Both the position numbers and the translations under genes were made by a program. From positions 270,001 to 302,000 of the forward strand of contig NC_005072.1 of assembly GCF_000011465.1 (NCBI RefSeq): a DNA stretch of 32,000 bases, in the 5' to 3' direction. Shown here piece after piece: positions 20,882-30,901 of the stretch. The stretch's first letter is position 1. Every line of letters starts with the position of its first letter. The notes beneath the pieces are model-generated. The model did no database searches. It was not told the DNA's origin and saw only the letters and a list, made by a program, of their open reading frames with translations. The DNA comes from Prochlorococcus marinus subsp. pastoris str. CCMP1986. Its GTDB lineage: Bacteria; Cyanobacteriota; Cyanobacteriia; PCC-6307; Cyanobiaceae.

Positions 20882-23290
20882 TCAGTTTATTGCTCTTATT
20901 GGAGCTAATCTTGGGTCTAAAATTTTGCTCCCTTTATCACCAAACTTTACTGCTAAGGATATTTTTTCGCCACTGCCAAAAATATGTATAATTTCACCTT
21001 TGCCAAATTTAGAGTGAATTACTTTATCTCCAATCAACCAACTTTTTCCTTTACTGGGTCCTGAATATAGTTTTCTTACTGCATTTATAGGTCTATTAAT
21101 AGATTCATTTAAATCTTTTCTATCCACTCTTGTTAAACGGTCAAGATGACGATCCCTTCTGATAGAAGCACCACCTGATTGAGGTAATTCCCCGTCAATT
21201 AGTTCCTCTGGTATTTCTGAGAGAAATATTGAAGGAATTGTTGCTTCTCGCATGCCTCCCCACAATCTTCTCTCTCTCGCATGTGATAAGAAAACTCTCT
21301 CTTTAGCTCTTGTTATGCCTACATAGCATAATCTTCTTTCTTCTTCTAGAAGAGAAGGAGTATCAATTGACCTGTGGCTTGGAAATAAACCTTGTTCTAG
21401 TCCAGTTATAAATACATTTTGAAATTCTAATCCTTTACTGTTATGGAGAGTCATTAAAGTGACAGAATTAGGATGATTTTTTTTTGTATCATTGTCTGTT
21501 GTTAAAGCTGCTGTTGACAAGAATCCCTCTACATCTGGGTTCTCGGTCTCTTCTTCAAATTGAGTAGCAGCATTTATTAATTCCTGAAGATTATTTCTTC
21601 TATCCTCAGATTCCTCTGAACCACTTGTTAATAAATCACTTAAGTAACCGCTTTTTTCTAGAATTAATTGAAGAATTTGAGCAGGCCCCGAGTTTTCTAT
21701 ATAGCAAAGAAGGTCATTCATAAGCTCTGTGAATTTATTAATGCCCTTTGATGATCTGCCTATAGTCTCATCTAAGCTTTGTTTGTCATTTATGACCTCC
21801 CATAAAGGAATGTTCAACTTATTTGATAGCTCATTAAGCTTTTGAATAGTTGTTTTTCCTATTCCCCTTCTTGGGACATTTATTATTCTTAAAAGGCTTA
21901 TATTATCTGAAGAATTTACTAAGACTTTTAAATAAGCAACAGCATCTTTTACTTCTCTTCTGTCATAAAAACGTAATCCGCCAAAGATTGTATATGGAAT
22001 TCTCCACCTTACAAGAGATTCTTCTAATACTCTCGACTGAGCCCTAGTTCTATAGAGGATTGCAAAATTTTTCCAGATTGGTTGATTATTGTAATTATTT
22101 AGAGACCTTAATTTTGTTGTTATTGCCTCAGCTTCAGATATCTCATCATCACAGCTAAGCAACTTTAAAAGTTCTCCTTCCTCCCTTGTAGACCTTAAAA
22201 CTTTATCAATTCTTTCAGTATTATTTTCAATCAAAGAGTTTGCAGCGGTAAGAATATTTGATGAAGATCTATAGTTTTCTTCTAATTTAACCAGAGAGGC
22301 TTTCTGATTATTATTAGATGAATTTTTAAAGTCTTCCTGAAATCCAATTAATATTCTGAAATCTGCTGCCCTAAAACTATAAATACTTTGATCCGCATCT
22401 CCGACAACAAAAATTGATCTATCATTCCATTCGCAAAATTTGTTTGGTTCAGTATTCCCAGCCGTAATTAATTTAATCAGTTCATATTGTGTCCTATTTG
22501 TATCTTGATATTCATCAACTAATACATGCTGGAATCTTTTATGCCAGTAATCCCTAACTAAATCATTTTGCCTTAATAAAAACACAGGAAGTAGTAGAAG
22601 ATCATCAAAGTCTAAAGCATTATTTTTTGAGAGAGATATCCTATATCTTCTGTAAGCATCTGCAATTACTTTATCAAAATGATTATCAGCTTTTTCTTCA
22701 AGGTCATTAGCTGTAAAACATTGATTTTTTGCGTTACTAATAGCCCTCTTAATTTTCTTAGGATCAAATCTTTTTGGATCAAGACTCATATCTTGACCAA
22801 CAATTTCTTTTACTAGGGTCTGAGAATCTGTCTCGTCATAAATAGAAAATTGTCGTGTCCAGGTTAGGCCTTCAGGATCTTGATATTTTTCTATATCGTA
22901 TCTTAAAAGTCTCGAAAATAATGCATGAAAAGTTCCTATCCATAGGTCCCTCAGTCTCTCTTGATCAATATTTGTTCTTAATTGATTCTGGTCAAATTCC
23001 TTGAGGGTTGACCAAGGCTGCCCAAATTGATTTAAAGCTATTTCTTGCGCAAGTAGTACTTGAAGTCTTGCTTTCATTTCTTTAGCAGCTTTATTTGTAA
23101 AAGTTACTGCGAGAATGTTATGGGGATCTACAGAGTTATTCTCAATTAAATTAGCAATTCTATGAGTAAGAGCCTTGGTTTTCCCACTACCTGCACCTGC
23201 TACAACTAGCAGTGGCCCATTGATATGTTTTACAGCGTTTAGTTGTGCATTATTTAAGGATTTAAAAAGGAAGTTGTTAGTTTGATGCAC
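20882..23290 (-). CDS. UvrD/PcrA-family ATP-dependent DNA helicase
   Basis: LNNAQLNAVKHINGPLLVVAGAGSGKTKALTHRI, LVDEYQDTNRTQYEL, VGDADQSIYSFRAAD, LEENYRSS, VTLMTLHNSKGLEFQNVF, RRLCYVGITRAKE. Confidence 0.97.
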   Translation of the reverse strand: MHQTNNFLFKSLNNAQLNAVKHINGPLLVVAGAGSGKTKALTHRIANLIENNSVDPHNILAVTFTNKAAKEMKARLQVLLAQEIALNQFGQPWSTLKEFDQNQLRTNIDQERLRDLWIGTFHALFSRLLRYDIEKYQDPEGLTWTRQFSIYDETDSQTLVKEIVGQDMSLDPKRFDPKKIKRAISNAKNQCFTANDLEEKADNHFDKVIADAYRRYRISLSKNNALDFDDLLLLPVFLLRQNDLVRDYWHKRFQHVLVDEYQDTNRTQYELIKLITAGNTEPNKFCEWNDRSIFVVGDADQSIYSFRAADFRILIGFQEDFKNSSNNNQKASLVKLEENYRSSSNILTAANSLIENNTERIDKVLRSTREEGELLKLLSCDDEISEAEAITTKLRSLNNYNNQPIWKNFAILYRTRAQSRVLEESLVRWRIPYTIFGGLRFYDRREVKDAVAYLKVLVNSSDNISLLRIINVPRRGIGKTTIQKLNELSNKLNIPLWEVINDKQSLDETIGRSSKGINKFTELMNDLLCYIENSGPAQILQLILEKSGYLSDLLTSGSEESEDRRNNLQELINAATQFEEETENPDVEGFLSTAALTTDNDTKKNHPNSVTLMTLHNSKGLEFQNVFITGLEQGLFPSHRSIDTPSLLEEERRLCYVGITRAKERVFLSHARERRLWGGMREATIPSIFLSEIPEELIDGELPQSGGASIRRDRHLDRLTRVDRKDLNESINRPINAVRKLYSGPSKGKSWLIGDKVIHSKFGKGEIIHIFGSGEKISLAVKFGDKGSKILDPRLAPIRAIN

Positions 23291-23328
23291 TTTTTATAGG
23301 TTGTATTATTAAAAATTTTTACCTTACT

Positions 23329-23529
23329 TTAATTTGAAGATTGAGGGTTAGTCTCTAATTCTTGTAATGCTTTTTTTAGGTTTATTAGTTCATTATTATT
23401 ATTGATAATTTCTTCGAACTTATTCTGAGGCATTTTTAATTTAACACTTCTCTTAAGAATTTCTTTTTCTAATCTTTTTTTATAAGAAGAAACAAGTTTT
23501 TTTGATAATTTTAATTCTTGTTTATCCAA
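23329..23529 (-). CDS. hypothetical protein, charged, likely helical (66 aa)
   Basis: ORF MDKQELKLSKKLVSSYKKRLEKEILKRSVKLKMPQNKFEEII... in an otherwise empty gap behind uvrD; no recognised motif. Confidence 0.55.
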   Translation of the reverse strand: MDKQELKLSKKLVSSYKKRLEKEILKRSVKLKMPQNKFEEIINNNNELINLKKALQELETNPQSSN

Positions 23530-23709
23530 AGTTTTAAAGAATAATAATTCTATCTTAGCTAAAAATTTTTTTTATTTACAGTATTTGGAATATCACTTCA
23601 AAATGTAGTTTTTGATTAAGAACCATTTCGTTTGTTTTAAGAGTTAATTATTTTAATTTGCTCTGATCTAATATAAATAAGTAGAAATTTCAAGTTTTTA
23701 AATTTAAGA

Positions 23710-24237
23710 ATGACAGTTTCAAAGAGTAATCAAATTTTATCAAATGATAGAGATTTAGAAAATATAAGTAATAAAAATATTGAAGACATAAAAGAATTTA
23801 TTAATACTGCAAACTCAAGATTAGATGCAATAGATTCAATAACAAATAATTCTCACGCAATTGCCGCTGATGCTGTGACTGCAATGATTTGTGAAAATCA
23901 AGATTCAGTTAATACAAAAATATCTTTAGATACCACCAATAAGATGTCTGTTTGTCTAAGAGATGGAGAAATAATTTTAAGGATTGTTTCTTACCTTTTG
24001 ATTTCTGATGACGAATCAGTTTTATCTAAAAACTGTTTAAAGGATCTTAAAAATACTTATTTGGCCCTTGGTGTACCTCTGAAAAATGCTATCCGAGTTT
24101 TTGAATTGATGAGAGATGCAACGATTTCTGATTTAAAGTCTACTGTAAATTCTATGAAAGGAGAAAAAGAATTTCTTTCTGATTTAATTTCTAATACAGA
24201 GTTTCAATTTGAGAGAATAATTAATCTTTTAAGATAG
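23710..24237 (+). CDS. cpeB: diverged phycoerythrin beta chain
   Basis: [37 protein letters not shown]...[45 protein letters not shown] matches phycoerythrin beta; only some bilin-binding cysteines are retained. Confidence 0.9.
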
Positions 24238-24772
24238 ACATATTTCTTATCTCTGATGTGTGTGAGGTTTGTATTACGGTATTGTTTTCATTATTTCTAA
24301 TTACTGAATATCTGGATCTAATATGATTTGATAAAAAACAAATTCTCTCTTCAGAAGCTGTTGAACTATAAATAGTTTTAATATTTAAGTTCTCATTTTC
24401 ATCAATCAAATATTCTGATGATGAAATCACGGATTCAGTATATCCCTTATTACGTAGAACAATCCCCTTATTTTTATCCTTTGGTAAAAATAATAATATA
24501 GTTTTATCTTGTTCAATTTTTTGATCAATCTCCCAATCACTTATTGCCTTCCAACTTATTGATAATGCAATAAAAGAAGGTTTAGAGGTGTAATTATATT
24601 TTTCTAAAAGTCCTAAAACATTTTTATTATTGCTTTCTAACTCTTTTATTTCTATTTTGCTAGTTGAATTTTCAACTTCCTGAAAAGCCAAAGAGTGAGT
24701 GCTTCTTATGGATTTCCACTCTCCTAAACTTTTTTGAATAAATTGATTAATTGTTATTAGATTCTTCGTCAA
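24221..24772 (-). CDS. cpeS: phycobiliprotein (phycoerythrobilin) lyase, CpeS family
   Basis: [47 protein letters not shown]; TTG start; convergent neighbour of cpeB. Confidence 0.85.
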
Positions 24773-24926
24773 GTTTATCTTCTACTGAATGATTGGTAGC
24801 TTTTTGAATCATCCTTACCATAGAATCTACCATTAATCTTTTTGCAGAAGTCACTTTTAATCCGGAAGGTGTAGTTGATATTTGTTCTCCAGGACGATCG
24901 TATGATGTGGGTCTAAATGGAGTCAT
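24747..24926 (-). CDS. small conserved-looking hypothetical protein (59 aa)
   Basis: Manual translation: [59 protein letters not shown]; ATG start, overlaps the 5' end of cpeS by 26 bp; below the ORF-track size limit. Confidence 0.55.
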
Positions 24927-25041
24927 CTAAAAATTTTTAAAATCAACAGACTTTATTCTTACATGAATAGTCATTTTAATGTTGTTGTTTGCGAAAATGT
25001 TATATCTTTTATGAATGGTTTTAGGGTTATTTATTCTCGCC

Positions 25042-25677
25042 TTATTTTGGGATTTTTCTTTTTGCTAAACCTGAAACAGTTGCTAAAGCAAACATGCCTA
25101 AAAGAGCTATTCCCAGGAATAAACCTGCTCCCTGACTGACCCCAGCTCCAACAGCAACAAGAATTGAATCACTGATTAGAAGACTTATTAGTAAAGCTGG
25201 GGTGAATATTTTCCACCGAGTCCCTCCAATGCCGATTGCATAGCTGAGAAAATCAAAAAGTCCAGTCATAAGAAGACCTGTCATTAGGAAGAAATTTTCT
25301 TCTAATTGGTTTTGATTAAAACTTTCAATTCTTTTCATTGCTTTTGAGCCTACTAAACCACGTACAGGGCCACGACCAAAATATCTTGCTATGAAGAAAG
25401 CTGCTTGGCAAAAAACTATATCAGAAAAGACAATTGTTAAATAACCCTTTTGGAATCCTAATAAGGAGCCAGCCAAAAGTGAATAGGCCGAACTTGGTAG
25501 AGCAGGTAAAATTATACTTACTCCTCTAAGAACAAATATTCCAAAAGGTGCCCATATTCCCATACTCTCTACCTTGTTCCTTAGAGGTTCGATGCCATAG
25601 TTTTGTATGAAATAAATTAATACAATAAATATTGCTATAAAAAAAACTACCGAGAAGAATTTTTGAATTTTATTCAT
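25042..25677 (-). CDS. TVP38/TMEM64 (SNARE-associated/DedA-like) family membrane protein
   Basis: GIWAPFGIFVLRGVSIILPALPSSAYSLLAGSLLGFQKGYLTIVFSDIVFCQAAFFIARYFGR, F-x-x-GR-like motif and multiple TM segments. Confidence 0.85.
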   Translation of the reverse strand: MNKIQKFFSVVFFIAIFIVLIYFIQNYGIEPLRNKVESMGIWAPFGIFVLRGVSIILPALPSSAYSLLAGSLLGFQKGYLTIVFSDIVFCQAAFFIARYFGRGPVRGLVGSKAMKRIESFNQNQLEENFFLMTGLLMTGLFDFLSYAIGIGGTRWKIFTPALLISLLISDSILVAVGAGVSQGAGLFLGIALLGMFALATVSGLAKRKIPK

Positions 25678-25902
25678 TATTTTCAGAAAATTCCTTAAGA
25701 GCTAACTTTTTTAAATTAATATTTGATTCTATAATAAAAACACTAATCAACAAAAATTTTTACAAAGTTTTTATTCTTATTTTTTTCAATATAGATTTTA
25801 GGCAAACTTCATTAGTAAATTCTGAATCAAAATTGAAAATTAATAAGATATAGTTGTTAATTTTAAAATTCAATTTATTTATTTCTTATATTTGATTATT
25901 TT

Positions 25903-26322
25903 ATGATTCAAGCCAATAATAAATTTTCATCAATAGTTGTTGTCAATATTTTTTCTTTGGTTGTTTATATAATTTTCTCTTTTTGCATTTCAATAAAACA
26001 ATCATATGCTTTTTCTCATGAATGGGTTGGAGTCCCAATTAGTGAATACGGTGAACAATTATGGGATAGAAAGAGTATTAAAAGGAATGAAGATGGTTCT
26101 GTTAGAGTCTTGAGCAAATTTATTCCAAAAAATAAAAGTGAAATAACACAAGATATCTTATATACAATGGACATAAACTGTTTTGAGAAATCTTTTAGAG
26201 ATGTTAATGTTTTTGCAGATGAGAAAAATAGTCGTTTAAATAAGCTTGCTGATTGGCAAGATCCAAATGGAGACCAACTAATCTTGGGTGTGATTGCTCA
26301 AGTATGTAGAGTTGATAACTAA
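25903..26322 (+). CDS. hypothetical secreted protein with signal peptide and two conserved-looking cysteines
   Basis: Hydrophobic N-terminus ending ...SYAFS; mature part WVGVPISEYGEQLWDRKSIKRNEDGSVRVLSKFIPK...DINCFEKSFRDVN...QLILGVIAQVCRVDN resembles the surface-adhesin-E-like cysteine-pair pattern. Confidence 0.7.
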   Translation: MIQANNKFSSIVVVNIFSLVVYIIFSFCISIKQSYAFSHEWVGVPISEYGEQLWDRKSIKRNEDGSVRVLSKFIPKNKSEITQDILYTMDINCFEKSFRDVNVFADEKNSRLNKLADWQDPNGDQLILGVIAQVCRVDN

Positions 26323-26351
26323 AAATTTAAATTTTTAACTATTCATAAAAA

Positions 26352-26372
26352 AAACCCGTCAAAGACAGGTTT
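26352..26372 (-). terminator. Rho-independent terminator of tRNA-Phe
   Basis: Minus-strand transcript AAACCTGTC-TTT-GACGGGTTT followed by a T run; 9-bp stem including one U-G wobble, 7 nt past the tRNA. Confidence 0.8.
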
Positions 26373-26379
26373 ATAAAGG

Positions 26380-26452
26380 TGCCAGGACCCAGATTTGAAC
26401 TGGGGACACGGCGATTTTCAGTCGCCTGCTCTACCAACTGAGCTATCCCGGC
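26380..26452 (-). tRNA. tRNA-Phe (GAA anticodon)
   Basis: Reverse complement GCCGGGATAGCTCAGTTGGTAGAGCAGGCGACTGAAAATCGCCGTGTCCCCAGTTCAAATCTGGGTCCTGGCA: 7-bp acceptor stem, anticodon loop CTGAAAA, GTTCAAATC T-loop; CCA not fully encoded. Confidence 0.97.
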
Positions 26453-26546
26453 TCTAACTTTTATACTCTAAATTAAGATGTGTAGTTTGTGAAACCCATT
26501 TATTAAATTTTTATATCTTGATTAAAGATTTAATGATTGAAAAGTA

Positions 26547-27776
26547 TTATTTTGCATTAATTGCTAATAAAGCAGTCCCAAATGAAGTCGTTTTTTTACA
26601 TGAAATTATTGGGATATTAATAATCCGTTCTCTTATTGCTCTCCATTGAGGATTTTTTGAGCCCCCACCAGTAGTAACAATTCTTTTTGGAAGTGAACCT
26701 GTCAGCTCATATAGTTTTTCCCAACCTTTTAATTCAATTCTTGCTAACCCCTCGAACAATGCATGTAAAAAAAGTGAGTCGCTTACTGGCCTAGGGCTAA
26801 GAATTGGCTCCAAAAAAGGATTATTAACAGGAAATCTCTCACCCCTACTATTAAGTGGCAAAAGATTTAGGGAAGTGTTTTTTGAGGGATTTATTTGTCT
26901 GCTAAGTTCTTTTATTTCTAAATCAGAAAAAAATTGAGATAAAATTCCACAGCCAGCGTTTGATGCCCCTCCACATATCCATTTATTACTTACTCGATGG
27001 GTTGTAATTCCCTTTTCTTTGATCGGGGTCTTATTAATTTTTTTAACTACGATTGTGGTTCCTAAAACTGTTAGACCTTCTTCATCTCCCAATCCTGCAG
27101 CTAAAAAAGCTGCATTGGAATCAGTTGTACCCGAGACTAATAATATTTTCTTATTTAATTTGAATCTTTCCGCTAAGTCAGTATCGATTTGACCCAAGAT
27201 TTTTCCACTTTTAATTATTAAAGGTAAGCATTTTTGCCATGAAGTTTTGAGATAGCTTTTTGGCCAAGATTCTTTTATTAGACTCCAACCAAGTTTAATA
27301 TTATTGCCTTCTTCTCCATAGGTCCAATCTTTCAAAAACCAGCCTGTTATCAAGTCAGATTGATGTCTTAAAATAATATTTTCCCCAAATTTATCTATTA
27401 GTTTTAATGCTTTAGCCAAACTACTGTATGGGGTTTGTAAATGATCTTCTCCAACCGTTATGGATTCAATAAGTATTTTGTTTTCATTGCATGCTTGGTC
27501 GTAAGGTATAGCTTCCCCTATCGGATCCCCTCTTAAAGTACAAGCCGTTAAAGTTCCAGAAGTACCGGAGATTGCTAAATTAACAATATTTTTTTTAATA
27601 TCTAGAGGTAAATTATCTAGAAGTTTTTCACAAGAATTAATCCAAGAGTTGGGATTTTTAAAGCCATATTGATATGAAACTGAATTCGTATATTTTAATT
27701 CCTTTTTAAAATTAATTATGGATATTCTTGCGCCACTAGTCCCAAAATCTAAGCCTCCAAAAAAATCATCTGGCAT
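26547..27776 (-). CDS. FGGY-family carbohydrate kinase (ribulokinase/xylulokinase-like)
   Basis: FFGGLDFGTSGARISI, NLAISGTSGTLTAC, LLVSGTTDSNAAFLAAGLG, LGTTIVVKK, RIVTTGGGSKNPQWRAIRE. Confidence 0.88.
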   Translation of the reverse strand: MPDDFFGGLDFGTSGARISIINFKKELKYTNSVSYQYGFKNPNSWINSCEKLLDNLPLDIKKNIVNLAISGTSGTLTACTLRGDPIGEAIPYDQACNENKILIESITVGEDHLQTPYSSLAKALKLIDKFGENIILRHQSDLITGWFLKDWTYGEEGNNIKLGWSLIKESWPKSYLKTSWQKCLPLIIKSGKILGQIDTDLAERFKLNKKILLVSGTTDSNAAFLAAGLGDEEGLTVLGTTIVVKKINKTPIKEKGITTHRVSNKWICGGASNAGCGILSQFFSDLEIKELSRQINPSKNTSLNLLPLNSRGERFPVNNPFLEPILSPRPVSDSLFLHALFEGLARIELKGWEKLYELTGSLPKRIVTTGGGSKNPQWRAIRERIINIPIISCKKTTSFGTALLAINAK

Positions 27777-27782
27777 AAATAA

Positions 27783-29024
27783 TTATAAAAGTATTTTTGA
27801 GGCCTCTACTAATTGGGCTGATTTTTCTTCAACACGTTCCCAAGGAAGATTTAGATCATTTCTACCAAAGTGTCCATAAGATGCAGTTTTTCTGAAAAAT
27901 TCCCCACCCATTTTTTTGGGAAGATTTCTTAGATCAAACTCTTTTATTATTGCTGCAGGCCTTAAATCAAAGTTGTTTTTAATTAGTTCTTTCAAATTAT
28001 CTTGAGAAATAATACCAGTACCAAATGTTTCAACAAGAATTGAAATTGGTTTGGCAACTCCAATGGCATAACTTAATTGTACTTCTGCTTTTTTTGCTAA
28101 TTTTGCTTTCACGATACTTTTAGCGACATAACGTGCAGCATATGCAGCTGACCTATCAACTTTAGTAGGATCTTTACCAGAGAATGCCCCCCCTCCATGC
28201 CTTGCATATCCTCCATAAGTATCTACAATAATTTTTCTACCAGTAAGTCCCGCATCTCCTTGAGGTCCCCCTACTACAAATTTACCTGTGGGGTTTACCA
28301 GGAATCTGGTCTTTTGATTTGATGGTTTGATTTCTAAATCTTCTGTTGCTGGCAATACAACATTGATCCATAAATCTTCTTTTATCTTTTGACGAATTTC
28401 TTCTTCATTTGTAATTCCATCAATCTCAGCAGTATGTTGAGTTGAAATTAAAATGGTGTTTATTGAAACTGGGACACCTTTTTTATAATCAATACTTACT
28501 TGAGTTTTTCCATCAGGTAGAAGATAATCAAGAACTTTCTCATGTCTTACTTTTGCAAGTTGTATTGCTAATCTGTGTGCCAAGCTTATTGGTAATGGCA
28601 TTAATTCAGGTGTTTCATCACATGCATAGCCAAACATTATCCCCTGATCACCAGCCCCAGTATTATTTTCCAAGTCCTCATTAATATCATCTGCTTCATT
28701 TACTCCTTGGGAAATATCAGGTGATTGCTCGTCAAGAGCTACTAAAACGGCGCAGCTATTTGAGTCAAAACCTCCAGCTTTTGAACCTTCATATCCAATT
28801 TCTTTAATTACTTTTCTGACAAGTTTTATATAATCTAGCTTTGCTCTAGAAGTTATTTCACCTGTAAGTAAGCAAAGACCTGTATTGACTACTGTTTCGC
28901 AAGCAACTCTACTTTCTGGGTCTTCACTCAATAAAGCATCTAAAACAGCGTCACTGATTTGATCACATATCTTGTCTGGATGACCCTCCGTAACAGATTC
29001 AGAAGTAAAAATAAAATCACTCAT
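27783..29024 (-). CDS. metK: S-adenosylmethionine synthetase
   Basis: [77 protein letters not shown]. Confidence 0.98.
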   Translation of the reverse strand: MSDFIFTSESVTEGHPDKICDQISDAVLDALLSEDPESRVACETVVNTGLCLLTGEITSRAKLDYIKLVRKVIKEIGYEGSKAGGFDSNSCAVLVALDEQSPDISQGVNEADDINEDLENNTGAGDQGIMFGYACDETPELMPLPISLAHRLAIQLAKVRHEKVLDYLLPDGKTQVSIDYKKGVPVSINTILISTQHTAEIDGITNEEEIRQKIKEDLWINVVLPATEDLEIKPSNQKTRFLVNPTGKFVVGGPQGDAGLTGRKIIVDTYGGYARHGGGAFSGKDPTKVDRSAAYAARYVAKSIVKAKLAKKAEVQLSYAIGVAKPISILVETFGTGIISQDNLKELIKNNFDLRPAAIIKEFDLRNLPKKMGGEFFRKTASYGHFGRNDLNLPWERVEEKSAQLVEASKILL

Positions 29025-29158
29025 TTATTAATAATTTAGGAATAAACTAATCCTAAATTAAATCGTAAATATTAATCAATAGTTATTAACTTGAAATTAC
29101 AATAATTTTTCTAATCTAAAATTTGTTTATTAGTTTTTAATAAATTAAAAATAAGAGT

Positions 29159-30250
29159 TTATACGCTTTCTGCAATCTCTACTGTCTGCTCTTCATTCTC
29201 ATCAGTTTGCTCAAGTAACATTTGCTTATACTTTGCAGCCATTTCTTCAGCTTTATTAAAAACTTTTTGTGGGTCAGTTAGCATATCGCCTGGTTCTGGT
29301 TCTAGAGCTTTGGTTGATAAAGAGATTCTACCTCTCTCGGAATCTAAGTCTATTATCATTACTTTCATCTGATCATTAACATTTAAAACATTATGAGGTG
29401 TTTCAATATGTTCATGACTAATTTCAGAAATATGTAGAAGACCACTCACACCACCTATATCAATAAAAGCTCCATAAGGTTTTATTCCCTTTACAGAACC
29501 TATAACAACTTCTCCGACTTCAAGTCTATTCATTTTTTTCTCAACTAAAGCTCTTCTATGACTTAAAACTAATCTATTTCTTTCTTCATCCACCTCAAGA
29601 AATTTTAAAGGTAAATATTCTCCTTCCAAATCTTCTTTTATTTTTCTAGCACTAATATGAGATCCAGGGATAAAGCCTCTCAGTCCTTCAACTCTGACTA
29701 AAGCCCCTCCCCTGTTTGTGGCAAAAACCTCGGAATATATAGTTGCATCTTCTTTTTGTAATTGTCTTACTCTTTCCCATGCTCTTTGATATTCTATCCT
29801 TCTAATAGATAAAGCTAATTGCCCATCTTCATTCTCCTCACTCATTATAAAAAATTCTCTACTTTCTGAAGGTTGTAAAACATCACTTAGTCCTTCAACT
29901 CTATTTATAGAAACTTCTTGCATAGGCATAAAAGCTGCAGTTTTAGCTCCTATATCTATCATTGCTCCTTTAGGCTCTAAAGCAAAAACTGTACCTTTTA
30001 CAAGATCTCCTGGTTTGAAATTATAATCATACTTTCCTAATAATGATGCAAACTCTTCTTGAGTAAATCCTGCTGTATCCAAATCATTATTTCGTCTGCT
30101 TGAAGAAGAATCTGCAGAGGGAATATCTTTATGGTCAAATGATAAATCTTCCTCTTTTGGAGTATCTGAAGTATTTTCTTCTATGGTTGAATTTTCAATT
30201 TCTTTTTCGTCTGAAATTTCTTTTACGATTTGGGAAGGATTTTCGATCAT
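29159..30250 (-). CDS. rpsA: 30S ribosomal protein S1 (three S1 domains)
   Basis: Three S1-domain repeats: GDLVKGTVFALEPKGAMIDIG..., EVFATNRGGALVRVEGLRGFIPGSHI, GEVVIGSVKGIKPYGAFIDIGGVSGLLHISEIS. Confidence 0.95.
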   Translation of the reverse strand: MIENPSQIVKEISDEKEIENSTIEENTSDTPKEEDLSFDHKDIPSADSSSSRRNNDLDTAGFTQEEFASLLGKYDYNFKPGDLVKGTVFALEPKGAMIDIGAKTAAFMPMQEVSINRVEGLSDVLQPSESREFFIMSEENEDGQLALSIRRIEYQRAWERVRQLQKEDATIYSEVFATNRGGALVRVEGLRGFIPGSHISARKIKEDLEGEYLPLKFLEVDEERNRLVLSHRRALVEKKMNRLEVGEVVIGSVKGIKPYGAFIDIGGVSGLLHISEISHEHIETPHNVLNVNDQMKVMIIDLDSERGRISLSTKALEPEPGDMLTDPQKVFNKAEEMAAKYKQMLLEQTDENEEQTVEIAESV

Positions 30251-30357
30251 TTGTTAAAACGCAGACCACCTAAGATGGTTAGAAAGAAATGCTTTTAGCC
30301 TGCAAACTAAAGAGCAAATTATTTGTACGTTATATTCTACACTTTAGAAGGCTAAAT

Positions 30358-30837
30358 TTATAAAATTGAAGCTAATTCATTTTTTGAACTACCTTTTAGG
30401 GACTCAAGAGTGGAGACAAAGTCTTTTACCCCATTAAATTTCCTATAGACTGATGCATATCTTATATATGCAACTTCGTTTTCTTTCCTTAAGCCTTTAA
30501 GAATTAATTCTCCAATTTGAGAAGATTTAATATCTTTATTTGAGTCTTGTACGATTTGCGATTCAATTGAGTCAACAAAATTAATAATCGATTCTCTCGA
30601 AAATGTTGTTTTTTCGCATGCTCTAGATATTCCAGTAACTAATTTATCTTTATTAAATAATTCTCTGCTCCCATCTTTTTTAATAACAGAAATTGGCATT
30701 GTTTCAACTCTTTCATATGTGGTAAATCTAAAGCTGCAATTTAAACACTCTCTTCTTCTTCTGACACTTTTCCCAGTATCAGCAGATCTTGACTCTAAAA
30801 CTCTGCTATCTGTATTTTGACAGGTGGGACACTGCAT
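30358..30837 (-). CDS. nrdR: transcriptional repressor NrdR
   Basis: [45 protein letters not shown] zinc ribbon, then KRDGSRE-like [23 protein letters not shown]-cone. ATG at 30837; ORF track start is extended. Confidence 0.96.
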   Translation of the reverse strand: MQCPTCQNTDSRVLESRSADTGKSVRRRRECLNCSFRFTTYERVETMPISVIKKDGSRELFNKDKLVTGISRACEKTTFSRESIINFVDSIESQIVQDSNKDIKSSQIGELILKGLRKENEVAYIRYASVYRKFNGVKDFVSTLESLKGSSKNELASIL

Positions 30838-30901
30838 ATAGTGAATTAATACTATCTTCAACTCTAATAGTAGATTAATATCACGATTATGAAAAGTGGT
30901 A

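Noticed and set aside
23530-23709. Possible small RNA in the gap between the 66-aa ORF and cpeB
   Set aside because: AT-rich with no clear hairpin plus T run or recognisable sRNA motif; more likely the promoter region of cpeB.
29025-29158. Possible SAM riboswitch upstream of metK
   Set aside because: The 134-bp gap is AT-rich with no recognisable conserved stem pattern; I cannot support a riboswitch without a covariance-model search.
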